Shown here: positions 19,317-29,246 of the stretch, piece by piece
Position numbering within the stretch: the first letter of the stretch is position 1
Layout: each line of letters opens with the position of its first letter
Origin: an uncultured Clostridia bacterium
GTDB taxonomy: Bacteria > Bacillota > Clostridia > Christensenellales > UBA1242
DNA: 64,000 nucleotides
Assembly: GCA_944372445.1 (NCBI GenBank)
Contig: CALVZE010000002.1
Location: forward strand, 37,175-101,174
Direction: 5' to 3'
Made by a program: the position numbers and the translations under genes
The notes under the pieces: model-generated
Databases searched by the model: none
Told to the model about the DNA's origin: nothing
Seen by the model: only the letters and a program-made list of their open reading frames with translations

Positions 19317-20060
19317 ATGAAAAGAAAAATTTTGATGATTGTGGAATACAACGGTGCCGATTTTTATGGTTGGCAAAAACAAAACGGAAAACGCACTGTG
19401 CAAGGTGAGCTTGAAGAGAAAATATTTATGCTTACAAAAGAAAAGTGTGTTGTCGAGGGAAGTGGGCGGACAGATAAAGGTGTCCATGCTTTAAATCAAG
19501 TTGCTGTGGTTACTTTATCTTCACCAATTCCGCTTAACAATTTCAAAATAGCGCTTAACAAACTCCTTAGTGATGATGTGGTTGTTAAAAAAGTAAAACT
19601 TGCAAATTCCGATTTTCATCCACGCTTTGACGCCAAAAGAAAAACCTATGAATATGTTGTTGACACTTCAAAGACTAGGCGGGCGACTTTCTATAATCTG
19701 ATAACATACTATCCATATAAAGTTGATTTAGAGCGTATGAGAAGGGCGACTTCACTTTTTATAGGCAAACATAACTTCAAGGCGTTTTGTTCAGCACACA
19801 CCAATGTTTCAAGTTACGAACGAGAAATCTATGAGTTTAAAATTATAAACCGAGGAAATAAAATCAAATTTGTAATTACAGGGAATGGCTTTTTGTATAA
19901 TATGGTTCGTATAATTGTTGGCACACTTTTAGAAATAGAAAAAATCGGGGAAGAAAATATTGTCAAAGCTTTCATGACAGGAGAAAGGAGTTTGACCGGA
20001 AAAACCATGCCACCCAATGGATTATATTTAAAAAAAGTTGAATATTTTGATAAAAAGTGA
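19317..20060 (+). CDS. truA: tRNA pseudouridine(38-40) synthase TruA
   Basis: MKRKILMIVEYNGADFYGWQKQ is the conserved TruA N-terminus, and GSGRTDKGVHA holds the catalytic Asp. The longer track ORF from 19239 adds a non-conserved extension. Confidence 0.88.
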   Translation: MKRKILMIVEYNGADFYGWQKQNGKRTVQGELEEKIFMLTKEKCVVEGSGRTDKGVHALNQVAVVTLSSPIPLNNFKIALNKLLSDDVVVKKVKLANSDFHPRFDAKRKTYEYVVDTSKTRRATFYNLITYYPYKVDLERMRRATSLFIGKHNFKAFCSAHTNVSSYEREIYEFKIINRGNKIKFVITGNGFLYNMVRIIVGTLLEIEKIGEENIVKAFMTGERSLTGKTMPPNGLYLKKVEYFDKK

Positions 20061-20128
20061 AAAAAGCCTATTGCAAAATGCATTAATGTATGATAAAATA
20101 TGAGTAGAATAATAAAAGCGAGGGGATT

Positions 20129-20542
20129 ATGATTTTAAGATATTCATTAAATGGCGAATACAATGATAAGTCTGGTAATGTTGGCAAGTTTTATGTTACT
20201 GATGAGATTACAGGAAAGAGTGTGGCTGTCAACATGAAAAGCATGGACGAAAAAGTTTTATTGGACGATTATGATGTTGAAGATTGTGCTAATCTTATAA
20301 AAATTTGTCCAGAAATTTATACTGCTTTACCTAATAAAGTTGTTAAAAGCGAGTCAAATATTAAAAGGCTTTATAAAGAAGCAAGCCAAAGCATACTTGA
20401 TTACTTGACCGGAAAAAATGCAGGATTGCACGAAATTATGAGAGCAGAAAATCATGCAGAAAGCATAAGATTAAAAAAAGAATATTATCTAAAACGAATT
20501 GGAGTTTTAGAGGATGACGATGAAGTTGTAAGATTGATATGA
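20129..20542 (+). CDS. hypothetical protein
   Basis: 137-aa ORF with a GAGGGG SD and a terminator downstream. I recognise no motif. Confidence 0.5.
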   Translation: MILRYSLNGEYNDKSGNVGKFYVTDEITGKSVAVNMKSMDEKVLLDDYDVEDCANLIKICPEIYTALPNKVVKSESNIKRLYKEASQSILDYLTGKNAGLHEIMRAENHAESIRLKKEYYLKRIGVLEDDDEVVRLI

Positions 20543-20562
20543 TGTTGAAATTATTAAACAAG

Positions 20563-20602
20563 ATATAGTGGTGTTATGCTTGCATACTACACTATATTTT
20601 TT
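20563..20602. terminator. intrinsic terminator, imperfect copy of the ATATAGTGTAGTAT palindrome
   Basis: atatagtggtgttatgc (20563-20579) pairs with gcatactacactatat (20582-20597), followed by a T-run. The right arm matches the one at 15008-15023. Confidence 0.7.
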
Positions 20603-20733
20603 ATTTTGCTTTATAATTGTATGATAAAGAAACGCCGTTTTAAAATGTAAAAATATAATAACTATGATGTTTTTTTGATTTATAAGTAAATTTTAAAACT
20701 TCTAAAACTATGAGTGGTTGTTGGCGTAAAAAG

Positions 20734-21327
20734 TTAAATAACATTTTGAATTTTATTCTTATATCTTAGTGCATATTCAATATTTTTTTGATGAGTTTTG
20801 TCTATGTGATTATTGCCATGAGTTTTAGAGTTTTTGAAATGTAGGCAGAGGTGTCCGTTTAATCCATTTTCTCCTTTACTTTCGCCATGCGGGAAGCCTG
20901 ATAAACTTGCACATAGATAAACATTGTCTAAATATTCGATGTATACAGGGCGTCTATTCCACGAGAGTTTGTTGTCATAAATTTCATATAGTAGCATGGT
21001 GTTGTTATTGTCGATAGTTTCTATGTCGGCGTGATTAATTCCTCCAATGCGTTCTATCATTATGCTGATACCACTTTTGATATCAATAAGGCGATATGGC
21101 TTAAAACATTCTAATATGGCATTTGCGATTTCCCAGTCAACGGCAAGGACTTTGATTTCGTTATCTTGTGTAACTACAATTTCACTTTCTTTTAGGTTGG
21201 AAATTTCCGCCATGTTTTTATCAGAGATATTAGTGTAAGAAGAAAATATAGGGTATGGAAAAAGACAGGCAAAAGTGCTTGCTGAAAGAGCAAATATAAG
21301 TAGATAAATTAAAAGTCGTTTGTGCAT
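20734..21327 (-). CDS. hypothetical secreted protein
   Basis: ORF with a signal-peptide-like start MHKRLLIYLLIFALSASTFA. The C-terminus is His-rich. The track start at 21345 is a TTG. Confidence 0.5.
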   Translation of the reverse strand: MHKRLLIYLLIFALSASTFACLFPYPIFSSYTNISDKNMAEISNLKESEIVVTQDNEIKVLAVDWEIANAILECFKPYRLIDIKSGISIMIERIGGINHADIETIDNNNTMLLYEIYDNKLSWNRRPVYIEYLDNVYLCASLSGFPHGESKGENGLNGHLCLHFKNSKTHGNNHIDKTHQKNIEYALRYKNKIQNVI

Positions 21328-21535
21328 AAGTTTAGTTTGTTGCAATTTTATTTTTTAATACCAAACAAAAAAAGTAGAAAAATTATGCTTTTTTTGCAAA
21401 AAAAGTGTATTTTGATGTAAATTTTATTGTTTTTTACTATCGCGTAGCTCCTTCATAAACCAAACTTTTTCTCTTAGATAATTTTATAGTAAATTATACA
21501 AGTCTATTTTTTCATATTTTAACATAAAATTTCTT

Positions 21536-22558
21536 ATGAAAAAGGTTTGGACAACTGTCTTTTTGCTGTTTGGGACTATTGTTGGCTCTGGATTTTCTAG
21601 TGGCAAGGAAATTCTTGTTTTTTTTAGCCGATTTGGTGAGCTTTCCTATTTATATATAGTAATAGCTTGCGTTTTATTCTTCCTTCTTTTTTATCTTTTC
21701 CTCTCAAAAGGAAAATTTGTTATAGAAAAGCTAGAAAAATTAAAAATTGTAAATATGATTTTGATATTTATTTCTATCGTATTTACCGCTTCCATGTTTG
21801 CAGGTCTTAAAAGTTTGTTTATGTTTTCAAATTCCGCCTTATATATAATTCTCTGCGCTATACTTCTATCATTTACCATTTTTATTACTCTAAGAGGCAT
21901 GAAAGCTCTTGAAAAAGTGACGCTTATTCTGATGCCTATATGTGTTTTTATATTTTTGTCTGTTCTTGTTTATATATGTTTTCAAAATCCTGAATTTGCC
22001 ATTCAAACCAAAAGTCCATTTGGCTACTTTTATTGTCCTTTGTATGTGGCGTTAAATTTTTCAACCAGCACTTTTATTGTCAGTAAAGCGGGGAGGGATT
22101 TAAATAAAAAACAGACATTTTTGGTAAGTCTGTTTTCCGCTTTGCTTCTTTTAGCTTTTCTTTTGTTTGCCAATTTTGCTTTGCGCACGCATAGCCTTAG
22201 CCATTTTGCAGATATGCCATTTTTGTTCCTTTGCAAAGACAATCTGTTTTTCTTCGTTCTTTGTTATTCTGTCATTTTGATAGGTTGTGTTACAACGCTT
22301 TTTTCTCTTTGCCTAACAATAAAAGCTTCTGTTGATGGAATGTTTAAAGGCGAAGCGCTAGGAATTATTGTTGCCATCTTTTTACCTTTTCTTATCAGCG
22401 AGCTAGGTTTTTCTGAGATTGTTTCATATTTATATCCACTTGCCTCGGTGCTAGGCGTCTCAGAACTTCTATTTTTTATATATTCGTTCAAGCAGGCTGA
22501 CAAGAGAGTATATGACAAATGCGAGAATGCAAAGCACGAAGGTCGCACTCATCACTAG
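21536..22558 (+). CDS. YkvI-family membrane protein (putative transporter)
   Basis: 340 aa with about 10 TM helices. The N-terminal TIVGSGFSSGKEILVFF resembles the YkvI signature. Confidence 0.6.
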   Translation: MKKVWTTVFLLFGTIVGSGFSSGKEILVFFSRFGELSYLYIVIACVLFFLLFYLFLSKGKFVIEKLEKLKIVNMILIFISIVFTASMFAGLKSLFMFSNSALYIILCAILLSFTIFITLRGMKALEKVTLILMPICVFIFLSVLVYICFQNPEFAIQTKSPFGYFYCPLYVALNFSTSTFIVSKAGRDLNKKQTFLVSLFSALLLLAFLLFANFALRTHSLSHFADMPFLFLCKDNLFFFVLCYSVILIGCVTTLFSLCLTIKASVDGMFKGEALGIIVAIFLPFLISELGFSEIVSYLYPLASVLGVSELLFFIYSFKQADKRVYDKCENAKHEGRTHH

Positions 22559-23278
22559 GTCTATTTTGAATATCTGTCCGCCATAGACTATTAGGTAACC
22601 TAGCCCTGCTTTACTTGTGAGATATTCTCCCATTATGCTTCCAACAAAACTCATGCCAACATTGATTTTTAATACTGATATAAAGTCTTTCATAGATGAC
22701 GGCAAGACAAGTTTCCATAAAATTTGGAATTTATTTGCATTCATACTTTTAAGTAGTAAAATTTTTCCTTCATCACAATTCACAAAGGCGGACAACATGG
22801 TCATGGTGGTGATGACAATGCAGATTAAAACGCACATTAAAATTATGGCATTTGTTCCAGCACCTACCCAAAGTATGATGACGGGTCCGAGTGCTATCTT
22901 TGGAAGTGAGTTTAAAACTACGATGTATGGTTCAAAAATTTTTCTGACCTTTTCATTCCACCATAAAAGCACTGCAATTAGATACCCTAACACTGTGGCG
23001 ATAAAAAAGCCGATTAGCGTTTCGTAGAGTGTTACCCATGTGTGATGCCAAAGAGTTCCTGAGGCTATCATGTCACCAAGCTGAGCAATTATTCTTGATG
23101 GGCTGGAAACGAAAAAAGGGTCTAAAACATTCGTGTAAGTTAACAATTCCCAAAGTCCTAAGAAGGCGACTAAAACAAAAATGCGAAAAAAGATGACAAT
23201 GAACTTATCTTGTCGTAATTTTTTCACATATTTTTTGTGTGAAAGTGAAAAATTAACTATTTTCGCTTTTTTCTTCAT
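22469..23278 (-). CDS. ABC transporter permease (NitT/TauT, SsuC-like family)
   Basis: 269 aa with 6 TM helices and a binding-protein-dependent permease fold. It is coupled to the ATPase gene by a 26-nt overlap. Confidence 0.8.
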   Translation of the reverse strand: MKKKAKIVNFSLSHKKYVKKLRQDKFIVIFFRIFVLVAFLGLWELLTYTNVLDPFFVSSPSRIIAQLGDMIASGTLWHHTWVTLYETLIGFFIATVLGYLIAVLLWWNEKVRKIFEPYIVVLNSLPKIALGPVIILWVGAGTNAIILMCVLICIVITTMTMLSAFVNCDEGKILLLKSMNANKFQILWKLVLPSSMKDFISVLKINVGMSFVGSIMGEYLTSKAGLGYLIVYGGQIFKIDLVMSATFVLCILAFVIYSLVSLLERIYKK

Positions 23279-24026
23279 TTGTTAGTTCTCTCCATATCTT
23301 TTCAAAACAGCCACTAAAAGATGAATCCTCTCTCTTTCTTAAAGGTGTTTCGCCTTTGAGATTTAATCTTATCTCGTCTTTTACGCGAGCAGGTCTTGAA
23401 GTAAGCACTATTATTTTGTCGCTCATAGAGATTGCTTCTGAAATATCATGGGTGACAAGTATAGCCGTCTTTTTTTCACTTTTTATTATCTCATAGACAT
23501 CGTCGCATAAGGTTAGGCGAGTTTGGTAGTCAAGAGCAGAGAAAGGTTCATCTAAAAGTAGTAGTTTCGGCTCTAAAACAAGCGTGCGAATGAGGGCAAC
23601 GCGTTGCCTCATGCCTCCACTAAGAGAGCGTGGCTTTTTGTTCTTAAAGTTGTAGAGGTTATATTTTTTTAACAATTCTTCGGCAAGTGCTAATTTTTCG
23701 TCAAGTTTACCTTTTTGTAGTTCAAGTCCTAGGGTGATGTTTTTCCATACTGAGCGCCATTCAAAGAGCATATCGCGCTGAAACATATACCCTATTTTTT
23801 TTCTGTCTATCTTATTCGACCCATCCAAGATAACTTCGCCAGAGCTTGGTTTTAAAAGTCCTGCGATTAGGGAAAGTATTGTGGTTTTGCCACAACCGCT
23901 AGGACCAACAATAGAAACAAACTCTTTTTCCAAAACATTAAAGCTAATGTTGTCAAGGGCGAATATTTCATCATCTTTTGTTTGGTAAAAATATTTGACA
24001 TTGTCGAATTTTAATATTTCGTTCAT
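23253..24026 (-). CDS. ABC transporter ATP-binding protein (SsuB/TauB-like)
   Basis: Walker A GPSGCGKTT, signature LSGGMRQRVALIR, Walker B LLLDEPFSALD. Confidence 0.9.
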   Translation of the reverse strand: MNEILKFDNVKYFYQTKDDEIFALDNISFNVLEKEFVSIVGPSGCGKTTILSLIAGLLKPSSGEVILDGSNKIDRKKIGYMFQRDMLFEWRSVWKNITLGLELQKGKLDEKLALAEELLKKYNLYNFKNKKPRSLSGGMRQRVALIRTLVLEPKLLLLDEPFSALDYQTRLTLCDDVYEIIKSEKKTAILVTHDISEAISMSDKIIVLTSRPARVKDEIRLNLKGETPLRKREDSSFSGCFEKIWRELTNEEKSENS

Positions 24027-24090
24027 CTTTGTCCTCTACAAATACATTTTATTATTTGCCTGTTTTTTTGTGAATAAATGACATAAAAAC

Positions 24091-24119
24091 TTGAAATGCC
24101 ATATTTTCAAAACTAAAAT
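24091..24119 (+). promoter_or_regulatory. sigma-A-type promoter of the phage-like module
   Basis: TTGAAA (24091-24096), a 17-nt spacer, then TAAAAT (24114-24119). Confidence 0.45.
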
Positions 24120-24130
24120 TTAGGTGAAAG

Positions 24131-24427
24131 TTGCTAAAAGGAGGTTATGTGGAGGATTTAAAGAAAGCTCTTTTAAAGAAAGCTCTTGGCTTTTCTAGTG
24201 ATGAAATTGTAGAAGAATATTCGCTTGATGAAAGCGGAAATTCTGTTCTTAACAAACGCAAAGTAACAACAAAATATAATCCACCCGATATAAGCGCCAT
24301 GAAAATTTTGCTAGAAAAAGAGGATTTGACTGATGATAAACTTTCACACATGACACTTGCCGAATTAAAAAAAGAAAAAAGGCGACTTTTAAAACAATTA
24401 AAGGAGGAAGAGAAAAGTGAAAGTTGA
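24131..24427 (+). CDS. small phage protein, terminase-small-subunit-like C-terminal region
   Basis: The segment KRKVTTKYNPPDISAMKILLEKED resembles a conserved segment of Firmicute phage small terminases (from memory). No N-terminal HTH is present. The likely start is the GTG at 24149, after AAAGGAGG. Confidence 0.35.
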   Translation: MLKGGYVEDLKKALLKKALGFSSDEIVEEYSLDESGNSVLNKRKVTTKYNPPDISAMKILLEKEDLTDDKLSHMTLAELKKEKRRLLKQLKEEEKSES

Positions 24428-24644
24428 AAAATGTCGTCATACGGTGAAGTGTGACGCAGACGGTTGCAGAAATTTGGCTGACTACTATATCACCACGCGC
24501 GGATTTATTAAAAATGAATTTGCTTTTTGTGAAGAGTGCTTAAAAGAATTATACGCGGAATTAGCTAAACTTTTTGTGCCTAAGGCGATTGAGTCGCACT
24601 TTAAGCAGGGTGTGGTGGTTAAAAGGAGAAAAAATGAAAAATGA
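24417..24644 (+). CDS. small Cys-containing phage protein (putative zinc-binding)
   Basis: 75 aa with a GTG start 9 nt after GGAGG. The Cys pattern is C..C-x5-C ... CEEC. Confidence 0.45.
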   Translation: MKVEKCRHTVKCDADGCRNLADYYITTRGFIKNEFAFCEECLKELYAELAKLFVPKAIESHFKQGVVVKRRKNEK

Positions 24645-26469
24645 TATTGTAAAAGAAGTTTTAGAAGATTTCCAAAATCGTGTCTTAGAGCGTAAAAGTT
24701 ATGAAACACAATGGAAGCTTAACATGAACTTCTATATGGGAAATCAATTTTGTAGTATCGGTTTTGGGGGACTTGTTGAAGACGGTGACAGACAGTATTT
24801 TTGGCAGGAACGGGAAGTTTTTAACCATATAGCACCGAAAATTGATATAAGACTTGCTAAGCTTTCTGCCATTAAACCAAAGCTATATGTTGTGCCTGCT
24901 TCAAGCGATGAGAGAGATGCCTATACTGCAAAACTCTCAAAGAAGATTTTGGATTCTGTTTCGGCAAAATACAGCTTGTCTCAAAAAATCAATCAAGCCA
25001 CTAAATGGAGTGAAATTTGCGGAACGAGTTTCTATAAAATCTTTTGGAACAGCAATCTCGGACAGGTGGTTGCGATAGAAGATAGTGGAAGGAAGATAAA
25101 GGCGGGAGATGTTGACATAGCAGTATGCTCTCCATTTGAAATTTACCCTGATTTTACCACTTGTGAGAATTTAGAGGACTGCCAAAGCATTATTCATGCC
25201 AAAGCCTATTCAGTGGAAGAGATAAAACAGATGTATGATGTTGATATTAAAGGAAAAGACATCAATGTTTTCTCACTTGATAGTTCTTTTTCGACAGGCG
25301 GACTTGGTTACAACGGCATAGGAACAAAAATAAATGAAAGCACAAAAAGAAATGCTGGGCTTGTCATAGAAAAATACATTCGTCCAAGTGAGGAATATCC
25401 GAATGGCAGGCTTATAATCATTGCGGGAGAAAAACTTGTTTTTGACGGCGAACTCCCATATGTCAATGGTATTGATGGCAAACGCGACTTTCCTTTCATC
25501 AAGCAAGTGTGTTGTGATGAGGTCGGTTCTTTCTGGGGTAAAAGCTTAATTGAAAGAATGATACCAATTCAGCGTGCCTATAATGCTGTTAAAAATCGAA
25601 AGCATGAATTTTTGAATAGATTGACACTTGGTGTGCTTGCTGTTGAAGACGGAAGTGTCGATATTGAAAACTTGGAAGAGGAAGGCTTGGCGCCAGGAAA
25701 GATTTTGGTTTATAGGCAAGGTGCGAATATTCCTAAATATCTAGACAATGAACATTTGCCGACCGATTTTGAAAAGGAAGAGGAAAAATTGCTTGAAGAA
25801 TTTACCGCAATAAGTGGAACTTCTGAAATGGGCGACATGACAACAATCTCTGCGTCTATGAGTGGTGTGGCACTTGAACTACTTTTAGATGAAAATCAAA
25901 CCCGTCTTTCTTTCACCACCGACAGCATAAAAAGTGCTATCAAACAGATAGGTAAGCACTTGCTTCGTCTTTATAAGCAGTTTGCCAACATTCCTAGACT
26001 TGTGAAAATTGTTGGAGAAAATGGTATGCCTGAAATCTTCTATTTTAAATCAAGTGATATTTCAAGCGATGATGTTCAGTTTGAAACAGAGACAGAGGGC
26101 GCAGATACTTTAACGCAAAGACGAAACATGATTTACACACTACTCGACAAAGGACTTTTGACCGATGAGGACGGAAAGTTAAGCCAGAGCTTAAAATCAA
26201 AAATTTTAGAAATGATAGGTTTTGGAAATTGGGAAAATTCTCAGGATTTAGACAGTTTGCATATTAGGCGTGCTGACAATGAAAATCTTGCAATGCTTGA
26301 TAAAGAAGAAATTAAAGTTAAGCCTATCGACGACCATAATTTACATATAAACGAACATATTGCATATATGCTTTCAGGTGAGTATGAGAAAAATGCTACC
26401 GAGGAGGTTGAAAACATTTTTCTTAAACATATAGAAGAACACAAAAAATTTTTGAAGGAAGGTGAATGA
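24634..26469 (+). CDS. phage portal protein
   Basis: 612 aa from the ATG at 24634 (AGGAGA SD). The N-terminal RKSYETQWKLNMNFYMGNQF and the size fit portal proteins. The gene sits directly before the scaffold and capsid genes. Confidence 0.65.
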   Translation: MKNDIVKEVLEDFQNRVLERKSYETQWKLNMNFYMGNQFCSIGFGGLVEDGDRQYFWQEREVFNHIAPKIDIRLAKLSAIKPKLYVVPASSDERDAYTAKLSKKILDSVSAKYSLSQKINQATKWSEICGTSFYKIFWNSNLGQVVAIEDSGRKIKAGDVDIAVCSPFEIYPDFTTCENLEDCQSIIHAKAYSVEEIKQMYDVDIKGKDINVFSLDSSFSTGGLGYNGIGTKINESTKRNAGLVIEKYIRPSEEYPNGRLIIIAGEKLVFDGELPYVNGIDGKRDFPFIKQVCCDEVGSFWGKSLIERMIPIQRAYNAVKNRKHEFLNRLTLGVLAVEDGSVDIENLEEEGLAPGKILVYRQGANIPKYLDNEHLPTDFEKEEEKLLEEFTAISGTSEMGDMTTISASMSGVALELLLDENQTRLSFTTDSIKSAIKQIGKHLLRLYKQFANIPRLVKIVGENGMPEIFYFKSSDISSDDVQFETETEGADTLTQRRNMIYTLLDKGLLTDEDGKLSQSLKSKILEMIGFGNWENSQDLDSLHIRRADNENLAMLDKEEIKVKPIDDHNLHINEHIAYMLSGEYEKNATEEVENIFLKHIEEHKKFLKEGE

Positions 26470-26470
26470 T

Positions 26471-27130
26471 ATGGATGAAGAAAAATATTGGGAACAACCA
26501 GAAGATTTAACTTTGGATAGTGTTGAGGTGTCGGAAGATAAAACTGAAACTCAAAATGTGCCAAAAGAATTAGAAGGCTCCCCAAGTCAAGTTGAAGAGC
26601 AGAAGAGCGAAGCGGAAAACGGCGAAGCAGTAGGTAAATTTAAAGATGCAAATGCGCTACTTGAAGCATACAACAACTTGGAAAAAGAATTCACAAAAAA
26701 ATGCCAAAGACTATCCGCGTTAGAGAAAGATAAGGTAGAGGAAGATGAAGCGCTTAATAAGCAAGTAGATGAAAAACTTTCTTTATTCCTTTCCACTAAT
26801 GGCGAGGCTACCACATATAAGGAAGAACTTATTGAAAGGGTGAAAAATGATGATAGTCTAAAAAAGATGGACGATCCCTTCGGCTATGTTTGGGCGGAAA
26901 TGGTATTTGATAAAATTAAGAACCAAAAAGCCGATGTGACTGTCAAAAACTACATTTTAGGTAATGATGACCTTAAAAATGCAGTTATCGAAAATTATAT
27001 AAATCAATTAGCGGAAAATAAGTCGCCAGTCATCATATCTTCAAAAGGGAATAGAGTGGCAACAGTTGCCACTCAAAGTCCCTCTACATTAAATGAGGCT
27101 AAGAAATATCTTTTAGACTTACTTTCCTAA
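26471..27130 (+). CDS. phage scaffolding-like protein
   Basis: About 220 aa, acidic and predicted helical. It sits between the portal and major capsid genes. Confidence 0.5.
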   Translation: MDEEKYWEQPEDLTLDSVEVSEDKTETQNVPKELEGSPSQVEEQKSEAENGEAVGKFKDANALLEAYNNLEKEFTKKCQRLSALEKDKVEEDEALNKQVDEKLSLFLSTNGEATTYKEELIERVKNDDSLKKMDDPFGYVWAEMVFDKIKNQKADVTVKNYILGNDDLKNAVIENYINQLAENKSPVIISSKGNRVATVATQSPSTLNEAKKYLLDLLS

Positions 27131-27142
27131 AAGGAGAAAAAA

Positions 27143-28366
27143 ATGGTAACTTTACAAAGCGCAGAGAACGCGCTTAAAAATGTCTATTTAGGTGTTATAA
27201 CTAACCAGTTAAATGTTGCAGCTAATCCACTTCTTTCTATGATTAAGCATTCAACTAACAACATTTACGGAAAAGAAATTAGAAAAGCAGCACCGGTAGG
27301 TATCAATGGTGGTATCTGTGCAGGAGATGAGGACGGAAAACTTCCAGAAGCATACTCTACACAATATGTTCAATTTATTGCAGAACTTAAAAACCTCTAT
27401 GGTAAATTAGAGATAAGTGATAAAGCACTAAGAGCAACATCTAATAACATCACAAGTTTTGTCAATCTTTTAAATGACGAAATGGAAAGATTGATTGAAG
27501 CAAGCAATTTTAACCTTGGAAGAATGTTATATGGAAAAGGAAACGGTGAGCTTGCGTATGTTGAAACATACAATGAAACCGATGGCTATGTTCAATTAAA
27601 TACTGTGAATAATGTGGTTGAAGGTATGGCTGTAAAAATTTCATCAGTGTCAACCGGCAATGTTCTTGATTCAACTCCTTACTACATTATTACATATGTC
27701 GATAGAAAAAACGAAAGGATTTACACTGATGTTCAAAATTATCAAGCTAATAGCGTTGGTGCTGGCTCAAAAGTGTATGTGCAAAAATCTAAGAACAAAG
27801 AGATAACCGGTATAGATGGCATATTCTCTAATAGCACACTTTACGGACTTAGCAAAGCAGAACATAAGTGGTTAAATCCATATAGCACACCTAACGGAAC
27901 CACTGAATATCTTTCTGACAACTTAATTCAAACTGTTATTGACGAGCTTGAAGAAGTAGCAAATTCAAAAATAAATCTTATTTCTACCACAAAAAGCGTT
28001 AAGAGATTGTATCAAGAATATCTTGCGGCTTACAGAAGAAATATTGATATCACTGAACTTGCTGGCGGTTACAAGACAATGACATATAACGGTATTCCGG
28101 TGATTGGAGAAAAATTTGTTCCTGAAAACACGATGTATCTTCTTAATACTAATGACTTTACAATGTATGAAATGTGCGATTGGAAGTGGCTTGAAGATGA
28201 AAGTGGAAGAATTTTGAAGCAAAATCCTGGCTATCCAACATATTCGGCTACGCTTGTTAAATATGCGGAACTTCTATGCGAAAGACCAAACGGACAAGCT
28301 AGAATTAGCAACATTGCCAAAACTCTCACTCCACCAGAAGATAGTACATCTGGCTCTGACTCTTAA
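27143..28366 (+). CDS. phage major capsid protein
   Basis: 407 aa in the capsid position after the scaffold gene, with an AAGGAGAAA SD. The call rests on gene order, size and overall resemblance. Confidence 0.6.
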   Translation: MVTLQSAENALKNVYLGVITNQLNVAANPLLSMIKHSTNNIYGKEIRKAAPVGINGGICAGDEDGKLPEAYSTQYVQFIAELKNLYGKLEISDKALRATSNNITSFVNLLNDEMERLIEASNFNLGRMLYGKGNGELAYVETYNETDGYVQLNTVNNVVEGMAVKISSVSTGNVLDSTPYYIITYVDRKNERIYTDVQNYQANSVGAGSKVYVQKSKNKEITGIDGIFSNSTLYGLSKAEHKWLNPYSTPNGTTEYLSDNLIQTVIDELEEVANSKINLISTTKSVKRLYQEYLAAYRRNIDITELAGGYKTMTYNGIPVIGEKFVPENTMYLLNTNDFTMYEMCDWKWLEDESGRILKQNPGYPTYSATLVKYAELLCERPNGQARISNIAKTLTPPEDSTSGSDS

Positions 28367-28378
28367 AAGGATTAAAAT

Positions 28379-28699
28379 ATGAAAAAATCATTTGAAATTT
28401 ACAGCGACTGTTTAGATATTGTCAAAAGACTTAAAGAGATTGATAAAGATTACTTTGTTGTGTTTAACATAGAAAGAAAAACTTTTGAACTACATAACAG
28501 GGCGCAAGAAAGAGATACTTTTTGTTTGACCTTACCTTTTAACACGCTTGATGAGCGAGCTATCTTTTTGACAAAGAAGACACTTTCTAAAAAGCGTGAT
28601 GAATTATTCAAAGAAATGGAAGAGGAAAACGCTAAAAACCTAAAATCTAAATGTCGCCAAATTTTGAATGATGCGGAGGCAAGGTTATATGAAAGTTAA
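28379..28699 (+). CDS. phage hypothetical protein
   Basis: 106-aa ORF within the coupled module. Confidence 0.45.
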   Translation: MKKSFEIYSDCLDIVKRLKEIDKDYFVVFNIERKTFELHNRAQERDTFCLTLPFNTLDERAIFLTKKTLSKKRDELFKEMEEENAKNLKSKCRQILNDAEARLYES

Positions 28700-29246
28700 A
28701 GATTTAGTTATTTATACCTCGCTTTTTATAGGCGAAAAAGAACTCGCTTCAAAATTAGAGGAAAATACCTCATTAACTCAAAGGGAGCAGGAGCGAGTTG
28801 ACACAATGGTCAGATGTTATAATCTTGTCAATCAAGAGATAGCATCTGACTATCTCCCTTTTTTATATACTGAAAAGATTGATGTTAACAATTCTGTTTT
28901 GAATTTCTCTGACCTATCTAAGACAATAATTAATATTTATGAAGTTAAAGGAAATTTAAATATAAATATTAGATATAAGAGATACCCTGAGTATTTGCAA
29001 ATTTTTGGACATGCGAAAAAAATCACTTATTCATATCTTCCCGAAGACCTTGAATTAAATGATAATGTTGAATTTTTTAATGGTTTGTCATCTAGAATTT
29101 ATGCGTATGGTATGGCTAGTGAATATCTCTTGTGTGACGGACTGAGTGAGGATGCTGAAATTTGGGAGGAGCGTTTTAAAGAAAGTTTATTTGTGCTTTC
29201 GCGTAAGCGCAGTGAAATTCGCTTGCCAAAGAGGAGATGGCTTTGA
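28689..29246 (+). CDS. phage hypothetical protein (possible head-completion or adaptor protein)
   Basis: The ORF overlaps the upstream stop (ATGAAAGTTAA). Position is the only evidence. Confidence 0.4.
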   Translation: MKVKDLVIYTSLFIGEKELASKLEENTSLTQREQERVDTMVRCYNLVNQEIASDYLPFLYTEKIDVNNSVLNFSDLSKTIINIYEVKGNLNINIRYKRYPEYLQIFGHAKKITYSYLPEDLELNDNVEFFNGLSSRIYAYGMASEYLLCDGLSEDAEIWEERFKESLFVLSRKRSEIRLPKRRWL

